From the NCBI GenBank assembly GCA_964016885.1, contig OZ024743.1, forward strand, positions 292,578,001 through 292,642,000: a stretch of 64,000 nucleotides of DNA. The letters are read 5' to 3'. Within the stretch, counting starts at the first letter, position 1. Every line of letters begins with the position of its first letter. Position numbers and translations under genes: made by a program. The notes below the pieces were generated by a model. That model worked only from the letters and a program-made list of their open reading frames with translations. It was not told the DNA's origin and made no database searches. This DNA comes from Eledone cirrhosa (lineage: Eukaryota). Shown piece after piece: positions 45,955 through 61,009 of this stretch.

Positions 45955-46565
45955 ACTGCGATTAAATATTTCGCTTAGATGAATTAAGATTGTATTGCTT
46001 AGTTTCATGAGTGTCTGTCTACTATATAGCTCCTGGCGTGTATTTAAGCTTCTAAACTTCTAAACTTATTATATTCCTCTCTACTAGAGCATTCTGAAGG
46101 TATTTTCACTACCTTTCTAAGACAGTTATTATTTCGCAGTGATATATGAAATAACTGCATCCTTTCTTCAACCGTTCCTGTTCAATTTATATACTAACCT
46201 CTCGTCATGTCAACTGTTATGTATAATTTGGTATATCTCAGGTCTATACTTCCTACTTGTTCAATTTACGTAGACATATACTCATATCGCCGATCACCTA
46301 TCGAGTAATGTTTGCTCACTTTCAATGATTAAATATCTCGCTTACTAAAATTGTTTTGCCTAGGTTCATTTGCCTCTATGTACTATATAGCTCCTGGCAT
46401 GTATGTAAGCATCCAAGCTAATTATATTTCCTCAATAGACCACAATAAAACTGTTTTTCTCTACATTATTATAATGTTGTGATACACAGAGTGGTTGATT
46501 CGTTCCTTCTTCATTCCTATATCAACCTGTTGTAATGTCAACAACTGCTATATATAAATCGAGTA
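45955..46565. repeat. Old diverged tandem duplication (~370-bp period)
   Basis: gattaaatat..cgctta and tactatatagctcctggc occur at ~45960/46020 and ~46328/46381. Confidence 0.65.
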
Positions 46566-46631
46566 ACGTTTTCAGTTCAACAGTGACTGACGAGATAAAT
46601 AGTCACCAAAATATCTAGATATCCCATAAAG

Positions 46632-46847
46632 CAGGCATGTCAAACTGGTGGACCGCGGGCGGCATGCGGCCCTTTACAAGCACACCTACGGCCCGCACAA
46701 AGATTTTTACTGCGCGAATATGTTTTATCTTCGTAATACAAAATTTTAAAAATTAGCTGTAATGTGCGCAATTAGTTGTGTGTGGCCCTCAGACAATGCA
46801 TATGTGACCCATGTGGCACTCGTGGGACCCTCAGTTTGACATGCCTA
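46632..46847. mobile_element. hAT-superfamily MITE
   Basis: TIRs caggcatgtcaaact / agtttgacatgccta with a perfect 8-bp TSD ccataaag. Confidence 0.92.
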
Positions 46848-47559
46848 CCATAAAGTACCTTCTGAGAAATATTCCGACTTTTCTTTATGCCGTATACTTA
46901 AGGTCCCTCTTCCCGTTTTTATTATATCACATGACCACTGGGTGCCCTCAAAAATGTTGCTTGTGGAATGCAAATTTATTGCGGAAATTGAAGGATTCAG
47001 TTTCTCGTGGAGACCAGAGGTTTTATCCTAGGCCAGATATCTACGAAGAGATAAGCCGTGAAGTAGGAAGGGGGAAATTGGCTACGTTGTTTTATGTACA
47101 GTGCTTTCTCATTTTATCTGTTTGTTGGGGGTTAAATTTATTCAGAAGTAGGTGGTGGTCATTGCAATATATAGTTAACAAGTTCATCTTAAAATGATAA
47201 GTGTAGTTTTTACTTCAACTTCGGAGTATTTTCGGCAAGTGTCTTGCATCATAGTCACAAGTCGATCAAAGCCTTGTGAGTGAAATTGGGTTCACGTAAT
47301 CTTTTTTTAAAGACTGTAAGATGGACAGTACCAGTAATTCAATGTATCAACCTTACATGCTGTTATGCTGAATCCTCCTGAGTGTTACGTTACGGAACAT
47401 GCGTCTGCGGAATGTTCAGCCATTTACACGTTAATTTTACGAAGCAACCCTCGTCTGTGCCGAAAAAATTCACCAATGTGTTATTTCGACATTGGAAACT
47501 TAATCTTTTAAATTAAAAAAACAAGTATATTACTTCTATATCGGTACCTTCAACTGACT

Positions 47560-48140
47560 CTATATTGGGTGCTTACATAATTTCAATTTCATTAGATGTC
47601 TTCTTTCTCTTGTGTATTTCTTATAACGTTGACATCAAGTGAGCAGCTGATCTCCACAACAGACCACGTTTTCAATGTGTGGTCGCAAACAACAATAACA
47701 GGCCGGTTGTGCTTTAATTTGTTGGCAGTTTTTATTTCAGGTCCCACTAGTATTCTTTAGTGCCATCTATCTCAGCATATTCCTCCTCATTTGTTTTAAA
47801 TTTTGTTTTCCTAAGTGCGCTCCAGATGGTTCTAACTAGCACATCGTGTCGCATAGGGAGATAGTAGCGAGACGACATTCTTTCGCAGTTGGCAACAATG
47901 TGGCTAACATCTTCAATCTTTGTTTTACAAAGCCTACATTTATTGTCGACTGATGGCCCTCCTCTTTTGTGTAGCAGATATTTTGTAGGGATTTCTTGTT
48001 CCTATATTGCATAGAGATATCGTTCTATGTAGGATGTCGGAACTCCCTGCCGGGCTTTTTGAATTATTTATCCCGTCTATGGTCTGTGTTTTTCGTCTAG
48101 GGTACCCATGCACAACGTTCTCTGTAAATTTGTCCATTTA
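47560..48140 (-). mobile_element. R4-like RLE fragment (same family as 58890-59800)
   Basis: DNKCRLCKTKIEDVSHIVANC..SSRYYLPMRHDV..HNRP..VEISC on the minus strand. Confidence 0.85.
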
Positions 48141-49873
48141 TGTATGAATTTATGTATAATAAAAGAGTCGTTTTTTTTAATGAAGTTTGAAGCAAATTGA
48201 ATTTTGGAAACACGTTAGCTTATTGTAAGCTGCTACAGTGTATGTTTAACTATAATACAGTCAAACAAGTTGATCTATAGACACGGGCAGCTTCCACTCT
48301 GGGAATTGATCTCACTTCCGTCGCGCACCACACGGCTACGTTAACATTACAGCAAAGCAAGACTGATCACTTACCTTTTAAACTCTTCGATTACAACTCG
48401 CTAAAATATTAGGATTTCAACTGAAATCTTGTCTGATGGCCCTGTGAACACAGGCGAAAAATCCAAAGTACCAGCACCGTGGCTTCATATTCATAATGTA
48501 TATATACATATATGTGTATGTGTGTGTCAGACAATTCAGATTGTTTCATTTAATTACTATATATGTATTTACATAAATATGTATGTGTGTGTGTGCGCGC
48601 GTTGAACGTCTACAAAGTGCATAGTACTATAAAAACTTCAAAGTTTCTTTTTTTTAATACCACAATGCATAAAATATCGCTACAAAATACTTGAGAATAA
48701 ATCGAAGGTATAACATACATATTAGTGTTTGCAATTATCTCTATATCTTTGTTTGATACAACATTTCTGGGATTTGGACACAAGATAAAAATTGTGTAAT
48801 ATCATGTGATGCGTAACCTCGCTGCTGCTCAGTCGTTGCTCTGAAAAAGATAGTAAAAGTACCATACTGTGTCGACAAGGCAAGATTAGATATTTTTCTG
48901 TTATTTTGCTCATTTTCGGTGTAGAGTGGTTTACTGTATTTATACTTAAATATTGATTGTTGTGTTTGAATCATTACTGATTCGGCTTTTGCAAGATAGA
49001 CAATATGATCTTCATATGCTCACCTTAGTCACATACTTACCTAGTGTGCAATTTACGTTTTAATGACAAATATAAAATAAGATATAACTCACTGATAATG
49101 AGCAAATATTTTAAGAAAACACAACTAATCGCGACTTATAGATAGGTACAGAGGGAAATTGTTTACTGTCATTTTAAGTACAACAAAGAGCATGGGCTCC
49201 TTGTAATTAGTTGCATGCATTTTCTTCATCTTACAATCCATACCTGAGCTTAAATACCTTTCGTCTGATCACTACAAATATAAATATTTGGTGACTACTT
49301 GTGCGGCTCATTGTTAATACATAAAAAAATGATCATCGCCAACTTGTTTTAAAGAACGTATCAGCAGTAAATTTGCTAATAATGTAAAGAGGTGGTTTAC
49401 AATTCTTGTCAACGGACTTTGAAAACTTGTTGTGTTGCAGAATAATTGTAGGGATGGCGTATTATGTGAGAAAATCAAATCAAATATATCATCTTGTCAG
49501 ACAATTCAGATTGTTTCATTCAATTACTATAATGATTTTACCCAGTTTTATGTTAGATGACGTTACTTTTACAGCTCCCTTTAGAATATATACCTATTAA
49601 GTATAAATATATGTATATATATATGTGTGTGTGTGTATGTGTGTGTCTCTTTGTGCGTGTAATCATGTGTGTGTGTGTGTGTGTGTGTCTGTGTTTCTGT
49701 GTGTGTGTATGTATATATATATATATTATAAGTCTGTTAACGATAGATTGTTTATCATTTGATTGATTGAGTTAGGCAGTGAACTGTATACATCTATTTA
49801 TTTATCTCTATCTCTACCCTTCTACATATCTCTCTCCCTATATATATATATATATGATGTATATATATATATA

Positions 49874-49911
<38 letters not shown>

Positions 49912-49930
49912 CATATATACATATGTGATG

Positions 49931-49976
<46 letters not shown>

Positions 49977-50251
49977 AGGGAGAGGGGGGAGATTGAGGGA
50001 GAGAGAGAGATAAAGAAAGAGAGAGAGAGAGGATTGATAGAAAGAGAGAGAGAGAAATCGAAGGTAAACCGAATGTAAATATAACTACTCTATTTTTTTT
50101 TAATTCTGGCATTCGCTGTGAAACGTAAACACTTTCAACTATTCCTCTACGCAGAAAACTATATGTACTTCTCCTGGTGCATTTCAGACAATATTGTTTT
50201 CTCTCCGCAGGATAACCACTCATATGAATGTGTGGGCGGTTGGGAGAATAC

Positions 50252-50308
<57 letters not shown>

Positions 50309-50490
50309 TCACAGATATGAGAAAAACATCAAACCCTCCATCTCAATTCTACTTTTGAAAAGCACAAGAACTGCGAAACCGGTAAAGGAACCAAATAAAT
50401 ATATTTTCGATTTCAACTTTTTTCCTTATACTTTCACTCGTGTAGGACACCTCGTTTTTTTTTTTTTTATTTTGTAAAAAAAAACATCAC

Positions 50491-50556
<66 letters not shown>

Positions 50557-50561
<5 letters not shown>

Positions 50562-50781
50562 TGTATGTATATTATATTTGGCAATATACTGTATGTTTAA
50601 CTAAAATATTTAGAAGACCATTCGCTATGAGTTTTAAAGTAGTAACTATGTCACTTACTTATTCTCGGCAACAATAAGTAAGTGGCATAATCAGTACTTA
50701 AAAACTCATAGCGAATGGTCTTCTAAATGTTTTTTAATTAAACATACAGTATATTGCCAAACATACTATACATACATTCAT
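50557..50781. repeat. Fold-back palindrome (~105-bp arms) between (TA)n tracts
   Basis: 50557-50662 is the diverged reverse complement of 50674-50781. Confidence 0.85.
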
Positions 50782-50810
50782 GTATACATCGCTATTTCAG
50801 AGCACCAATA

Positions 50811-50857
<47 letters not shown>

Positions 50858-52137
50858 TTCGCTCTAATAAAGTAAAAAAAGCAACCGCTAATAATGCACA
50901 AATACATGAAACAATATAAGATAATAATTCTAAAACCATTATTAAGAGAAAACATTAAATAATTATTTTCCTAAAAGAATATTAAGGTCAATGCTCAGAA
51001 ATCTGCGGAGCAAATCACTCTTTTATACCAAATACCCTTGAAATTGTAAATATAAATACATTTAATAACTGATTATATAATATAATTAATTATATGTGAC
51101 CTGCTTGAATTTCTTTCCTCTCTCAATCTTCTCCTGGCTCGGACGCGTCTATTTCTTCTCGTCATTTTGATTTGTCGGATTTAAGCCCACAAGATTCATT
51201 GACTTGTTTCTCTTTTCTTCTCTTTACGTTGCATTACTACCTTGTTGTTTGTTTCCTTTCCTCTGTTTTCCTCTGTCCCGATAACTTAGTTTAGTTATCG
51301 CTCGCACTGATTTTAGGTATCTAGCCATTAATGAGAAGAAATACCAAGGATAATCAGCAGACTACTGATGAGGGACATTCTTGTTTCTTGGTTTATTGTT
51401 ATTCATATGTTCATATTCACAACAACGCAGCACGCCATTTTTCATTCATATATATATATATATATACATGTGAAAGCTTAGTAAAATGGAAGCTTTGGCT
51501 GTGGGCAAGCAAAGTCGACCTACAATATGAATGAGGTAGCAAAGCACTCAATAAGGGTATGTCCTTACAGTAACAACATACGTTTAAATAGCTTGACAAA
51601 TTGAATATTGTGGTAGGCAAAACCTAACACACAATACCTGAGCAATGAAAAAACTAACAGTTTAAAAAAGATAGACCTGGACAAATTAAACGATATACGT
51701 TTAAAGTATTTCTGTGGATCCGAAATCAAATATCCGACTTAGGTAACAGGCACGCTCGTGGTATTCCATGACGAACAGAGGATGCATTTCATCAACAAGA
51801 TTTCCGTTCTGTCCAAAAGCGAAGTGGATTCTAAATGCTGCCGCTATGAGCGAACTGAATGGACATTTAGTTATTACGTGTTATTTCCAACAAGGGAAGT
51901 AACCCTCGGTCTTGGCGGGTAGATTCGACGTATTAAACAAAGGAAATATTATAATTTCCGCTAACATTCAGAATGAAGCTATCAACCAGATGTTATTAAA
52001 CAAACACAAATAATTAACCAATCAACAGAATCGTCTAATTAAATTAATTAGTTAATTATTCAATCTAGGAGAAAATAATACATGTGGAAGCTTAGTAAAA
52101 TCGAAGCTTTGGCTATATATATATATATATATATATA

Positions 52138-52385
52138 TAAGAATAGTATTAAGAGAGATGCTGATGTTACATGAATCGTTTATTCGTTATAATTATTTCA
52201 ATGAACGTATGCGTTCGTTGTTGTTATGGGAACGGTATCTTCAGATAAAAACCCGATTTTTAATATGCCTTCTTCTCGTGTGACCGAATGAGATAACTTA
52301 CATCATTGATTGCGTAAGGGAACCGTTGAAATAGTTATAACAAATGAACGTAACATCAGCATCTTTCTTAATGTTATTCTTATAC
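52138..52385. repeat. Imperfect fold-back next to (TA)n with HHR-like remnants
   Basis: Arms ~52138-52203 / 52324-52384. The minus strand has ttatCTGAAGA and both arms have GAAAta.tTAtaac. Confidence 0.6.
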
Positions 52386-52714
52386 TGAATCTCCATCGTA
52401 ACTACACAGTACGAATGTAGAGAGCTTTCTTCTGCTTACTCCTGTTTTTACCAAAACAACTAAACACACACACACACACACATGCACGTATATATATAAA
52501 CATAAATCATTTAAATTTCCTTAAATGATCAATGTAACTTGCATGAAGTGAATACGTTTGACAACGAATAAAAGACATTTATGGTAGATCACAGCATATA
52601 TTTGAAGAACTTGGGTAGACGTAACTGGTGTTCTTGAAGTAGAAGCTTTTGCTGTGAGCAGAATGAAATGTGAAGTGTACACACCTTCAACAATACCTCC
52701 AGATAACAGACACA

Positions 52715-52872
<158 letters not shown>

Positions 52873-54539
52873 CACACAGAGAATATGATCTCATACTCTA
52901 CTGCATTAAAACGAGAGAAGAATTTATATTAGATAACGTAAGAACTCTCAAATATTCCAGAAAATTTAGACAGGGTTGATCACGGTTTGAATGTACACAA
53001 ATCTTCTCGGTTAAGACTGATATAGAGCTAAACAATTTTTTTTGTTTTGAGAAGAATCAACTCCGTATATATTATTTGCTATATGTACAATACATTATGC
53101 ACCGAAATATCATTGGTGTAAAAAAAAATATGGCTAATGGCCAGAATTATATGCGGCTAACCACACCTGCATAAACATCCATGCCACTGATATTGTCCAA
53201 AGGAAAGGCTATGGCCGATAAAGCTTGGCACCAGTGACGTCGGAACTCATTTCTAGAACTGAGTAAATAGGAGGAACGGGAATTAAAGTGTCTTGCTCAA
53301 GGACACAGCCCATCACCCGGTCCAAGAATGGAGCTCACAATCTCCCGATTGCAAGCCCAACGCTGTAACCATTAAGTCATTTGAATGCTGGTTCATACAT
53401 TTGACTGGCAAAGCTTACACACAACAAAGGCAACCTCTAACTCACAAATGTAACTACCTTATCTTTATTATATGTGTTTCGTTTCTCTAAAGTGGTATGC
53501 TGCAAGGCACCTTCAATTATGCTTTATCTATTTATTCAATATACAAAATTTTTCAATGTCATGAAAAGCCATTGACATTATATAAAAATGATTCAGCAGT
53601 ATCTCATAGAAACAAAACACACAATTATAGGGAACAGAAAAGGAAGAAAAACCGAAAATGAAAAGGAGAAAAAGAAAGAAGTATAAAGCAACAAAAGAAA
53701 GGGAGGGGGGACAGACACTACACCCCAATCTGAGCAGTACATCAGCAGAAAAAAACGACAAAAGTTTTACCGCGGAGAATAGCCAGACACACACACACTG
53801 TAACAGCCCCCCCCCCCACCTCATGAGGGCTCACTCCTCATACGAGCGGCCGTCTTTCCGATTTATGGAGGAAATCAGCAATGCGGGAACCATAGACACC
53901 AGAGCTTTCTATACCTATACATCGTGTTGCATGTTTTGTGCAACTATTCTTTCCTATAACATAAAACTCTTGAATTCCCTCTCTGTTCATGGCATTAATT
54001 GATGAAATAGAAGTTGAATATCAAGATCAACGTGGAAGGCCCTACAAATGTAAGGCGTAGCACCTTTGAAAGGCGTATCTTTGAAACTGTCACCCCCAGC
54101 CCCCTTCCGCACCCCAACGAATTTTAATTTCAGAACAAAAGTGCCACCTCCCAAATCTTGCCACCCACAGAGGGCTACTCCCATCGATAACTATGCTACC
54201 GCCGCTTTTCATTTTCCAAATAAATATCAAAAGTTGTTTCGATCAAAGCGATGATATACAATGAGTTATTTTTATACAATTCAGTGAATATCGTAGAGAA
54301 AGTGTTGTCTGACCCAGTTTTGATTCTTCATGGAAGTATATTCTATTCAATTACATCAAAACATGCAATTTCCTCTTAAAAATACAGCTCATGAAGTATT
54401 CTGAAACAAAGAATTTTTTTACATTTCCATAAATGTGTCTATATTATTTTGGTACGCAAACAGTCGAGCCATACATATATTATATATATATTTCTTTACG
54501 TACACACACATATATATATATTTTTTACATACATACATG

Positions 54540-55028
54540 CATGCATACATGATGGCTGCAAACTCACGCTAAGTGTATTGCAATCGCTTGTTAGTTTCAG
54601 AAGTGTGATGCTCGGATATGGCTTTTCAAGCCTGCTACAGACTTGCACTCCTTCACACATTGACGAAAAGTATGGTTCTCCCTCGCCTCAGGTCTTGCAT
54701 CAGGTTACCTGTGAACCTTCACAATACTATGGAGATCATAGTCAACCGTGGCTCCAGAAACCAGATTTGCTCAAGCAAATCTTTCCGCACTCAGGGCACA
54801 CCAATTCAATGGAGACAGATATTTCCGAGAGATGCACAAAGGCATTGCTAATACACATCCCATTTGATATTCTCATGCTCTATGCATCTGTCCTCAAAAT
54901 TATGGACCCCATCATTCACCATTTCACGCCAAGTTTCTCTTTCAAGAGCTTCTATCTCCCAGTCAATCACCATCGAACCAATTTTTTTCCATGAGTCCTT
55001 TACACAATCTTTGAATGGCAGCTTTTGC
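54540..55028 (-). mobile_element. RTE LINE 3' fragment with C2H2 zinc-finger remnants and (TATG)n tail
   Basis: QKLPFKDCVKDS...WEIEALERETWR, CPECGKIC..., CKSVAGLKSHIRASH; ends gagtttgcagccatcatgtatg. Confidence 0.8.
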
Positions 55029-55092
55029 ATACATACATACATACATACATACATACATACATACATACATACATACATACATACATACATAC

Positions 55093-55680
55093 ATGGTGGC
55101 TGCCAACTCGTTTTCGAGTACGGCCACTACTTTATATCCATGTAGGAGAACCGCTACCGATGCGCTGAACGAGTGTGACTTTTTAGTCCAGCCAGCGACT
55201 TGAAAACTCTGGTACAAACACTACACTTGTGACAATTATTGACACATAGTGCTTTGGCTTTGGTACCATGTGACGACAAGTGCAGAGAGATCTCCAGATA
55301 TAAAGCAATGCCTGTGCCGTGAAGCTTTTATAGTGAGCAAAGGCACTGCACAAAGCCAGTCCCACTCTCTTAACCAAGATGATATTTACCAAAAAGAAGA
55401 ACAAGTCAACATCATTGGATACCATCAGGGTTGCAGGTGTTATATCAGAGTTTTCCTTCTCCTAGAATTCTGCCTTGACAAAGGCTAATGGGTCATCTCT
55501 CCCAGTGATTTTGGATGGCCATTGACTCTTAAGAGCTCCTTTGCCTTTTGACAGGTTTTGTTTTTAGTCCTGCAGGATGTCCAAAGTCACCCTCCTCACC
55601 AAGAAACCTTGGTGGGGTTGCCAGTTTAGTCGCCAACGACCCGACCATGAGACAGGTTGTACTGGGATACATGTTACCAT
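55093..55680 (-). mobile_element. Non-autonomous RTE-derived (SINE-like) element, ~600 bp
   Basis: Near-identical copies elsewhere in the window. The 3' part encodes CSVCTRVFKSLAGLKSHTRSAH* and ends in (TATG)n. Confidence 0.85.
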
Positions 55681-55694
55681 ACATACATACATAC

Positions 55695-56176
55695 ATGGTG
55701 GCTGCCAACTAGTTTTTGAGTACGACCACTACTTTATATCCATGTAGGGAACCCCTATCTATGCGCTGAACGAGTGTGACTTTTTAGTCCAGCCAGCGAC
55801 TTGAAAACTCTAGTACAAACACTACACTTGTGACAACTATTGACACATAGTGCTGGGCCCATGGTACTATGTGACGACAACTGCAGAGAGATCTCCAGAT
55901 ATATATAAAGGCACTGCACAAAGCCAGTCCGACTCTCTTAACCAAGATGATATTTACCAAAAAGAAGGACAAGTCAACATCATTGGATACCATCAGGGTT
56001 GCAGGTGTTATATCAGAGTTTTCCTTCTCCTAGAATTCTGCCTTGACAAAGGCTAAGGGGTCATCTCTCCCGGTGATTTTTAATGGCCATTGACTCTTAA
56101 GAGCTCCTTTGCCCTTTGACAGGTTTTGTTTTTAATCCTGCAGGATGTCCAAAGTCACCCTCCTCACCAAGAAACC

Positions 56177-56178
<2 letters not shown>
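55695..56178 (-). mobile_element. Same non-autonomous RTE-derived element, 5'-truncated with internal deletion
   Basis: Homologous to 55093-55680; (CATA)n on both sides. Confidence 0.85.
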
Positions 56179-56207
<29 letters not shown>

Positions 56208-56895
56208 CATACATACATACATGTGTATATATATACGCACACACACACGCACATATATATATACAAAATCCATAAATACAAACAAACACACACACACCCA
56301 CAGATATATATGCCCCAAGCAATATATCATATCTAATGTTTTTTAAAAACGCGGAAGCCGTACATGGTCTCATAATATTCAAGATCTAGCAGCTGAGTTA
56401 TTTATTATTATGTTGGGTATAACGTGAGCAGGGTTCTTTCCTGCTTCGGAAAACAATAGGACAAAGCAGGACAGCGTAATGACTTGATTTTGTTTGCTAT
56501 TTACGTTTTCCTGGTGTTAGATTATGCTTTCAAGGATTAAAATAGTGGTGTTTTGTTTGAATTTATAACATCAGGCGGGCTCTTTAGTCACCAAAAAAGT
56601 TTAAATTAAGACACTAGGAAGAAAATGCTTTTGGACTTCTTTGTTTGAAAATAATATCCAGAGAGCACAAGAAATCCTAAGACTGTTGCCTAAGAAGTAA
56701 GCATTTAACGTAACAATAAATGTGACAAAGACTTAAGAAGTAAAATAATCAATTCTAGTCCTTCAATAGAAGCATAACGGATTCTGTGTCTCAAGAAGGA
56801 GACAAATACTAAAATGTAGAATAAAAAATAAAATATTTTATTCGTCATTAGTCGAGAACGACGAGATTCTATTATATACAGGCGCACTCACAAAC

Positions 56896-56981
<86 letters not shown>

Positions 56982-57649
56982 ACATACACATACATACATA
57001 CATATATACATACATAAATACATATATGAATGCGCACCAATATACTCAAAATTAGATGAACGAGATAAAAAGATAGATAGAAACATTCAGTCGAGAGAGA
57101 GAGAAAGGGAGCTATGTAAGGATGGGAAGAAAACAAGTAGTGTTATTAAGAAAAGAAGCATTAATACTTTACAAGGCGTAAAATGTAGGAGGTGGTTAAG
57201 CAAGATAAAGGGCAAAATGACCTGTAACATATTCTTAGATTTAATTGTTACATATATAGCAAAGCAGTGATTGACAAGTGAATAATAAATAAGGTTACAC
57301 AATAGCAAAGAAAGGTTAGGACAACACAAGAGAATATGCAAACCGTCCAATACATATACACACCTGACAGGATGTATATCAGACTGGTATACACATAATA
57401 ATGGTCAAGGACATATTGAAAATGGCGAAGATTTGTAGTGGTTTGTATAGCATTGAGGCCACCTAATTTACAAGAGACTGTAACACCTACTCTTTATTCT
57501 TTCTGTGTAGATTAGATACATGGAAGATAGAAATTAGAAAATGGAAAAATAACATTCGTACACCTGTCCAATCCAGCTAATATACATACATACATACATA
57601 ATTACATACATACATAGACCGCCTTTACTTGAAATATAAGCAAGGAGGC

Positions 57650-58742
57650 AGAGGCCTAACATCAGTCCAGACAGCATTTGAATATCGCATCATATCCCTC
57701 CGACAACATCTACGAACCTCAAAATATCATGCATGGATATGTTGCCAGGAAGCTCCAGGATGAGAGTAATATAGATAAGGAAAGTAGTCTATCTTGGACC
57801 AACAACCGCTATATTGGCTCCCACTTTGAAGGATACGCTTTTGCAATCCAACAACAGGAAATCAACACGACATACCTGATTCACAAAATAGATAGGGATG
57901 CAGGCAAAACACCTAGATGTGACAACAAGTGCAGACTCTGCAGAATTAACATCGAAGATGTCACCCATCTCATGAACAGCTGTCCAAAGATGTCATCAAC
58001 GTACTATCTACCTATGAGGCATGATGTAGTGGCCAAAACACTGTACAATGTAATCCGTAGAAAAGATAGCCCCGATGATAAACACATTAAAAGCTACAGC
58101 AATGTGGAAGACACATATACATAAAATGAAAGAGTACTGGTGGAATGTTCCAGTAAAAACCCCAATAAAATGCAGGCATAACAGACCAGATATAATGATA
58201 TGGGACAGGGAAAAGAAGGCATACACGGTAGTGGAAGTTAGCTGCCCAGCAGATGCCAATATAATATCAAAGATTAGCGAAAAGGAGAATATTTATGCAG
58301 AACTAATGAGAAATCTGCAGATACTCCATACTGATTATAAGTTCAGGTTTATGCTTGTGATTATTGAGGCACTGGATATGTTAGTAACTGCCTCAATACA
58401 AATCTTGAGAAACTGGGCTGAACAGAAAGAACACAACTAGTTAGAAAATTACAAGTACAATCCATTAATGGAACAGTAAAAATATGTAAAACATTCCAAA
58501 GCTTTTGCATCTAATAACTGCATATACACATGTACAGATATAAAGCGTATACACATGCACACATACAACTCAAAACATACACATCCACACATACAATAAT
58601 ATCCATACCTACACATGCATGCAGACATGCATACATATCTACCTAGTGGATGTTGTGTAAATTCCAATGAGAGAGTCTTGTAACTATGTTAGAAACTGAC
58701 TCTCTAATGGCAAAAATTTGTGAAATTATAAAAGCAGAAGAA
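57650..58742 (+). mobile_element. R4-like RLE 3' fragment ending in (CATA)n
   Basis: MHGY, FAIQQQEI, CRLC..EDVTHLMNSC, RHDVVA, WWN..HNRPDIMIWD..VEVSCP. Confidence 0.9.
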
Positions 58743-58889
58743 CATACATACATACATACATACATACATAGTAACACTGAAGCAACATCTTCAGTAGAAG
58801 AAAAAGGTCAACAACCATCTAGCCTAGGTCTATGAGCATGAAGGAAATAATATTATTAGGATAGCATCTGATCTGGAGGAGAGATGTAG

Positions 58890-59800
58890 AATAAGGCTTG
58901 ATATAAATCTTTCTCCCTGGGAAATTGGAAGATCCTATTCAATGATCCAACAAGATTTAAAAAATGGACCAGTTTACAGAGAAAATTGTGCATGGGTACC
59001 TGAGACGAAAAACACAATAGAGGGGATAAATGATTCAAAAAGCCTGGCATGGAGTTCCGACAAGTTTATGACATCCCACCTTAAAGGATATCTCTATACA
59101 ATACAGAAACAAGAAATCCCTACCAAATATCTGATACACAAATGTGGAGGGCTATCAGTCGACAATAATATAGATGTTAGTCACATTATTGCCAACTGAG
59201 AAAGAATATCGTCTCGTTATTATCTCCCTATGAGACACGATGTGGTAGCTAGAACCATCTGGAGCACAATTAGGAAAACAAAATTAAAAACAAATGAAGA
59301 GGAATATGTTGAGATAGATGGCACTAAAGAATACTGGTGGAACCGTAAAATAAAAAAAAACTGCCACCAAATTAACGATAACCGACCTGATATGGCTGTT
59401 TGGGACCACACATTTAAAACGTGCTCTGTTGTAGAGATCAGCCGCCCACTTGATGTCAACATTGTAAGAAACATACAAGAGAAAGAGGACATCTACGGAC
59501 TATTTATGAGGAGTTTGCAGATCCAGTATCCAAGATACACATTCGGCTTCATACCCATCATTATTGGAGCTACATGTTATATATCAACCCGCTTGGACGA
59601 AAGTATAACTGAACTTGGATTTGTGGACAAAGAGCGCAGCTCCCTAATTCATAGAATACAAATGGCTGCGATAGCTGGCACCTTCAAAATGTGCTAAACA
59701 TTGTTGCGATTCAAGGGATGATAATTTCTGTTCTTTTACAACCTTGCCACCAGGAAGGTGACCGGTCAAATATGTACTTGAAATTAATAGAAAGAGAATC
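58890..59800 (+). mobile_element. R4-like RLE 3' fragment ending in degenerate (CATA)n
   Basis: YTIQKQEIPTKYL, RHDVVARTIW, NRPDMAVWD..VEISRP, FIPIIIGA. Confidence 0.88.
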
Positions 59801-60412
59801 ATACATAAATATACAGACATACATTCATACATAAATACGTGCGTTCATACATACATAGATACATACATACATGAATACATAGGCACCTACATAAATGCAT
59901 ACATACATGATGGCTTCCCCCTCGTTATAGATTATGGCAATTGCACGATTTAGTATTATCAATAATTATCAATTAATGCTAACTTGCAATGCCTGTGCGT
60001 GAAGGTTTTTTTTAAAGTGAGGAATGACTGGGCACTGAGCGAATCTCACTATCTGAGCGACAGTAGATATAACCCGAAAAGAAGAAAAAGATCAACATTA
60101 TCGGTAACTACTGAGCTGTAGGTTTTATGTCGGAGTTTTCCCAGTTTCCTGAGTTGCCTTCGCCTAGAAGAATGTCCTGATGAAGGCTAGAGCCCTTCAT
60201 TCCTAGTGGTTTAACCGATCGGGTATCTAGCCCGATTATTTCTATATCCTACGCATATATATACACATGTATACATATATATACATATATACATCCCGTT
60301 AAGGGTGAAAGCAGCAATTCTTTGCTTAAACTTTAATCTGTTATTTTAATATATATATATAGATATATGTATGTATGAATGTATGTATGTATATATATAT
60401 ATATTAATATTA

Positions 60413-61009
60413 TGTCAGGTCACCAGTTGGTGCTACTGGTAACATGTATCCCAGTACAACCTGTCTCATGGTCGAGTCGTTGGCGACTAAACTGGCAACC
60501 CCACCAAGGTTTCTTGGTGAGGAGGGTGACTTTGGACATCCTGTAGGACTAAAAACAAAATCTGTCAAAGGGAAAAGGGGCTTTTAAGAGTCAATGGCAA
60601 TCCAAAATCAGAAGGAGAGATGACCCCTTAGCCTTTGTCAAGGCAGAATTCTAGGAGAATATAACACCTGCAACTCTGATGGTATCCAATGATGTTGACT
60701 TGTTCTTCTTGTTGGTAAATATCATCTTGGTTAAGAGAGTCGGACTGGCTTTGTGCAGTGCCTTTGCTCACTATAAAAGCTTCACGGCACAGGCATTGCT
60801 TTATATCTGGAGATCTCTATGCACTTGTCGTCACATGGTACCATGGGCCCAGCACTATGTGTAAATAATTGTCACAAGTGCAGTGTTTGTACCAGAGTTT
60901 TCAAGTCGCTGGCTGGACTAAAATGTCACACTCGTTCAGCGCATCGGTAGGAGTTCTCCTACATGGATATAAAGTAGTGGCCGTACTAGAAAACGAGTTG
61001 GCAGCCACC
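60413..61009 (+). mobile_element. Same non-autonomous RTE-derived element, near full length
   Basis: Reverse complement of 55093-55680 with extra 5' sequence. Confidence 0.85.

Noticed and set aside
51365-51400. CTGATGAggg hammerhead-like start
   Set aside because: No matching stem II partner or GAAA-NTH downstream.
60178-60200. cctgatgaaggctagagccc
   Set aside because: It aligns with the RTE-derived element (ttgacaaaggctaagggg) and has no GAAA core.
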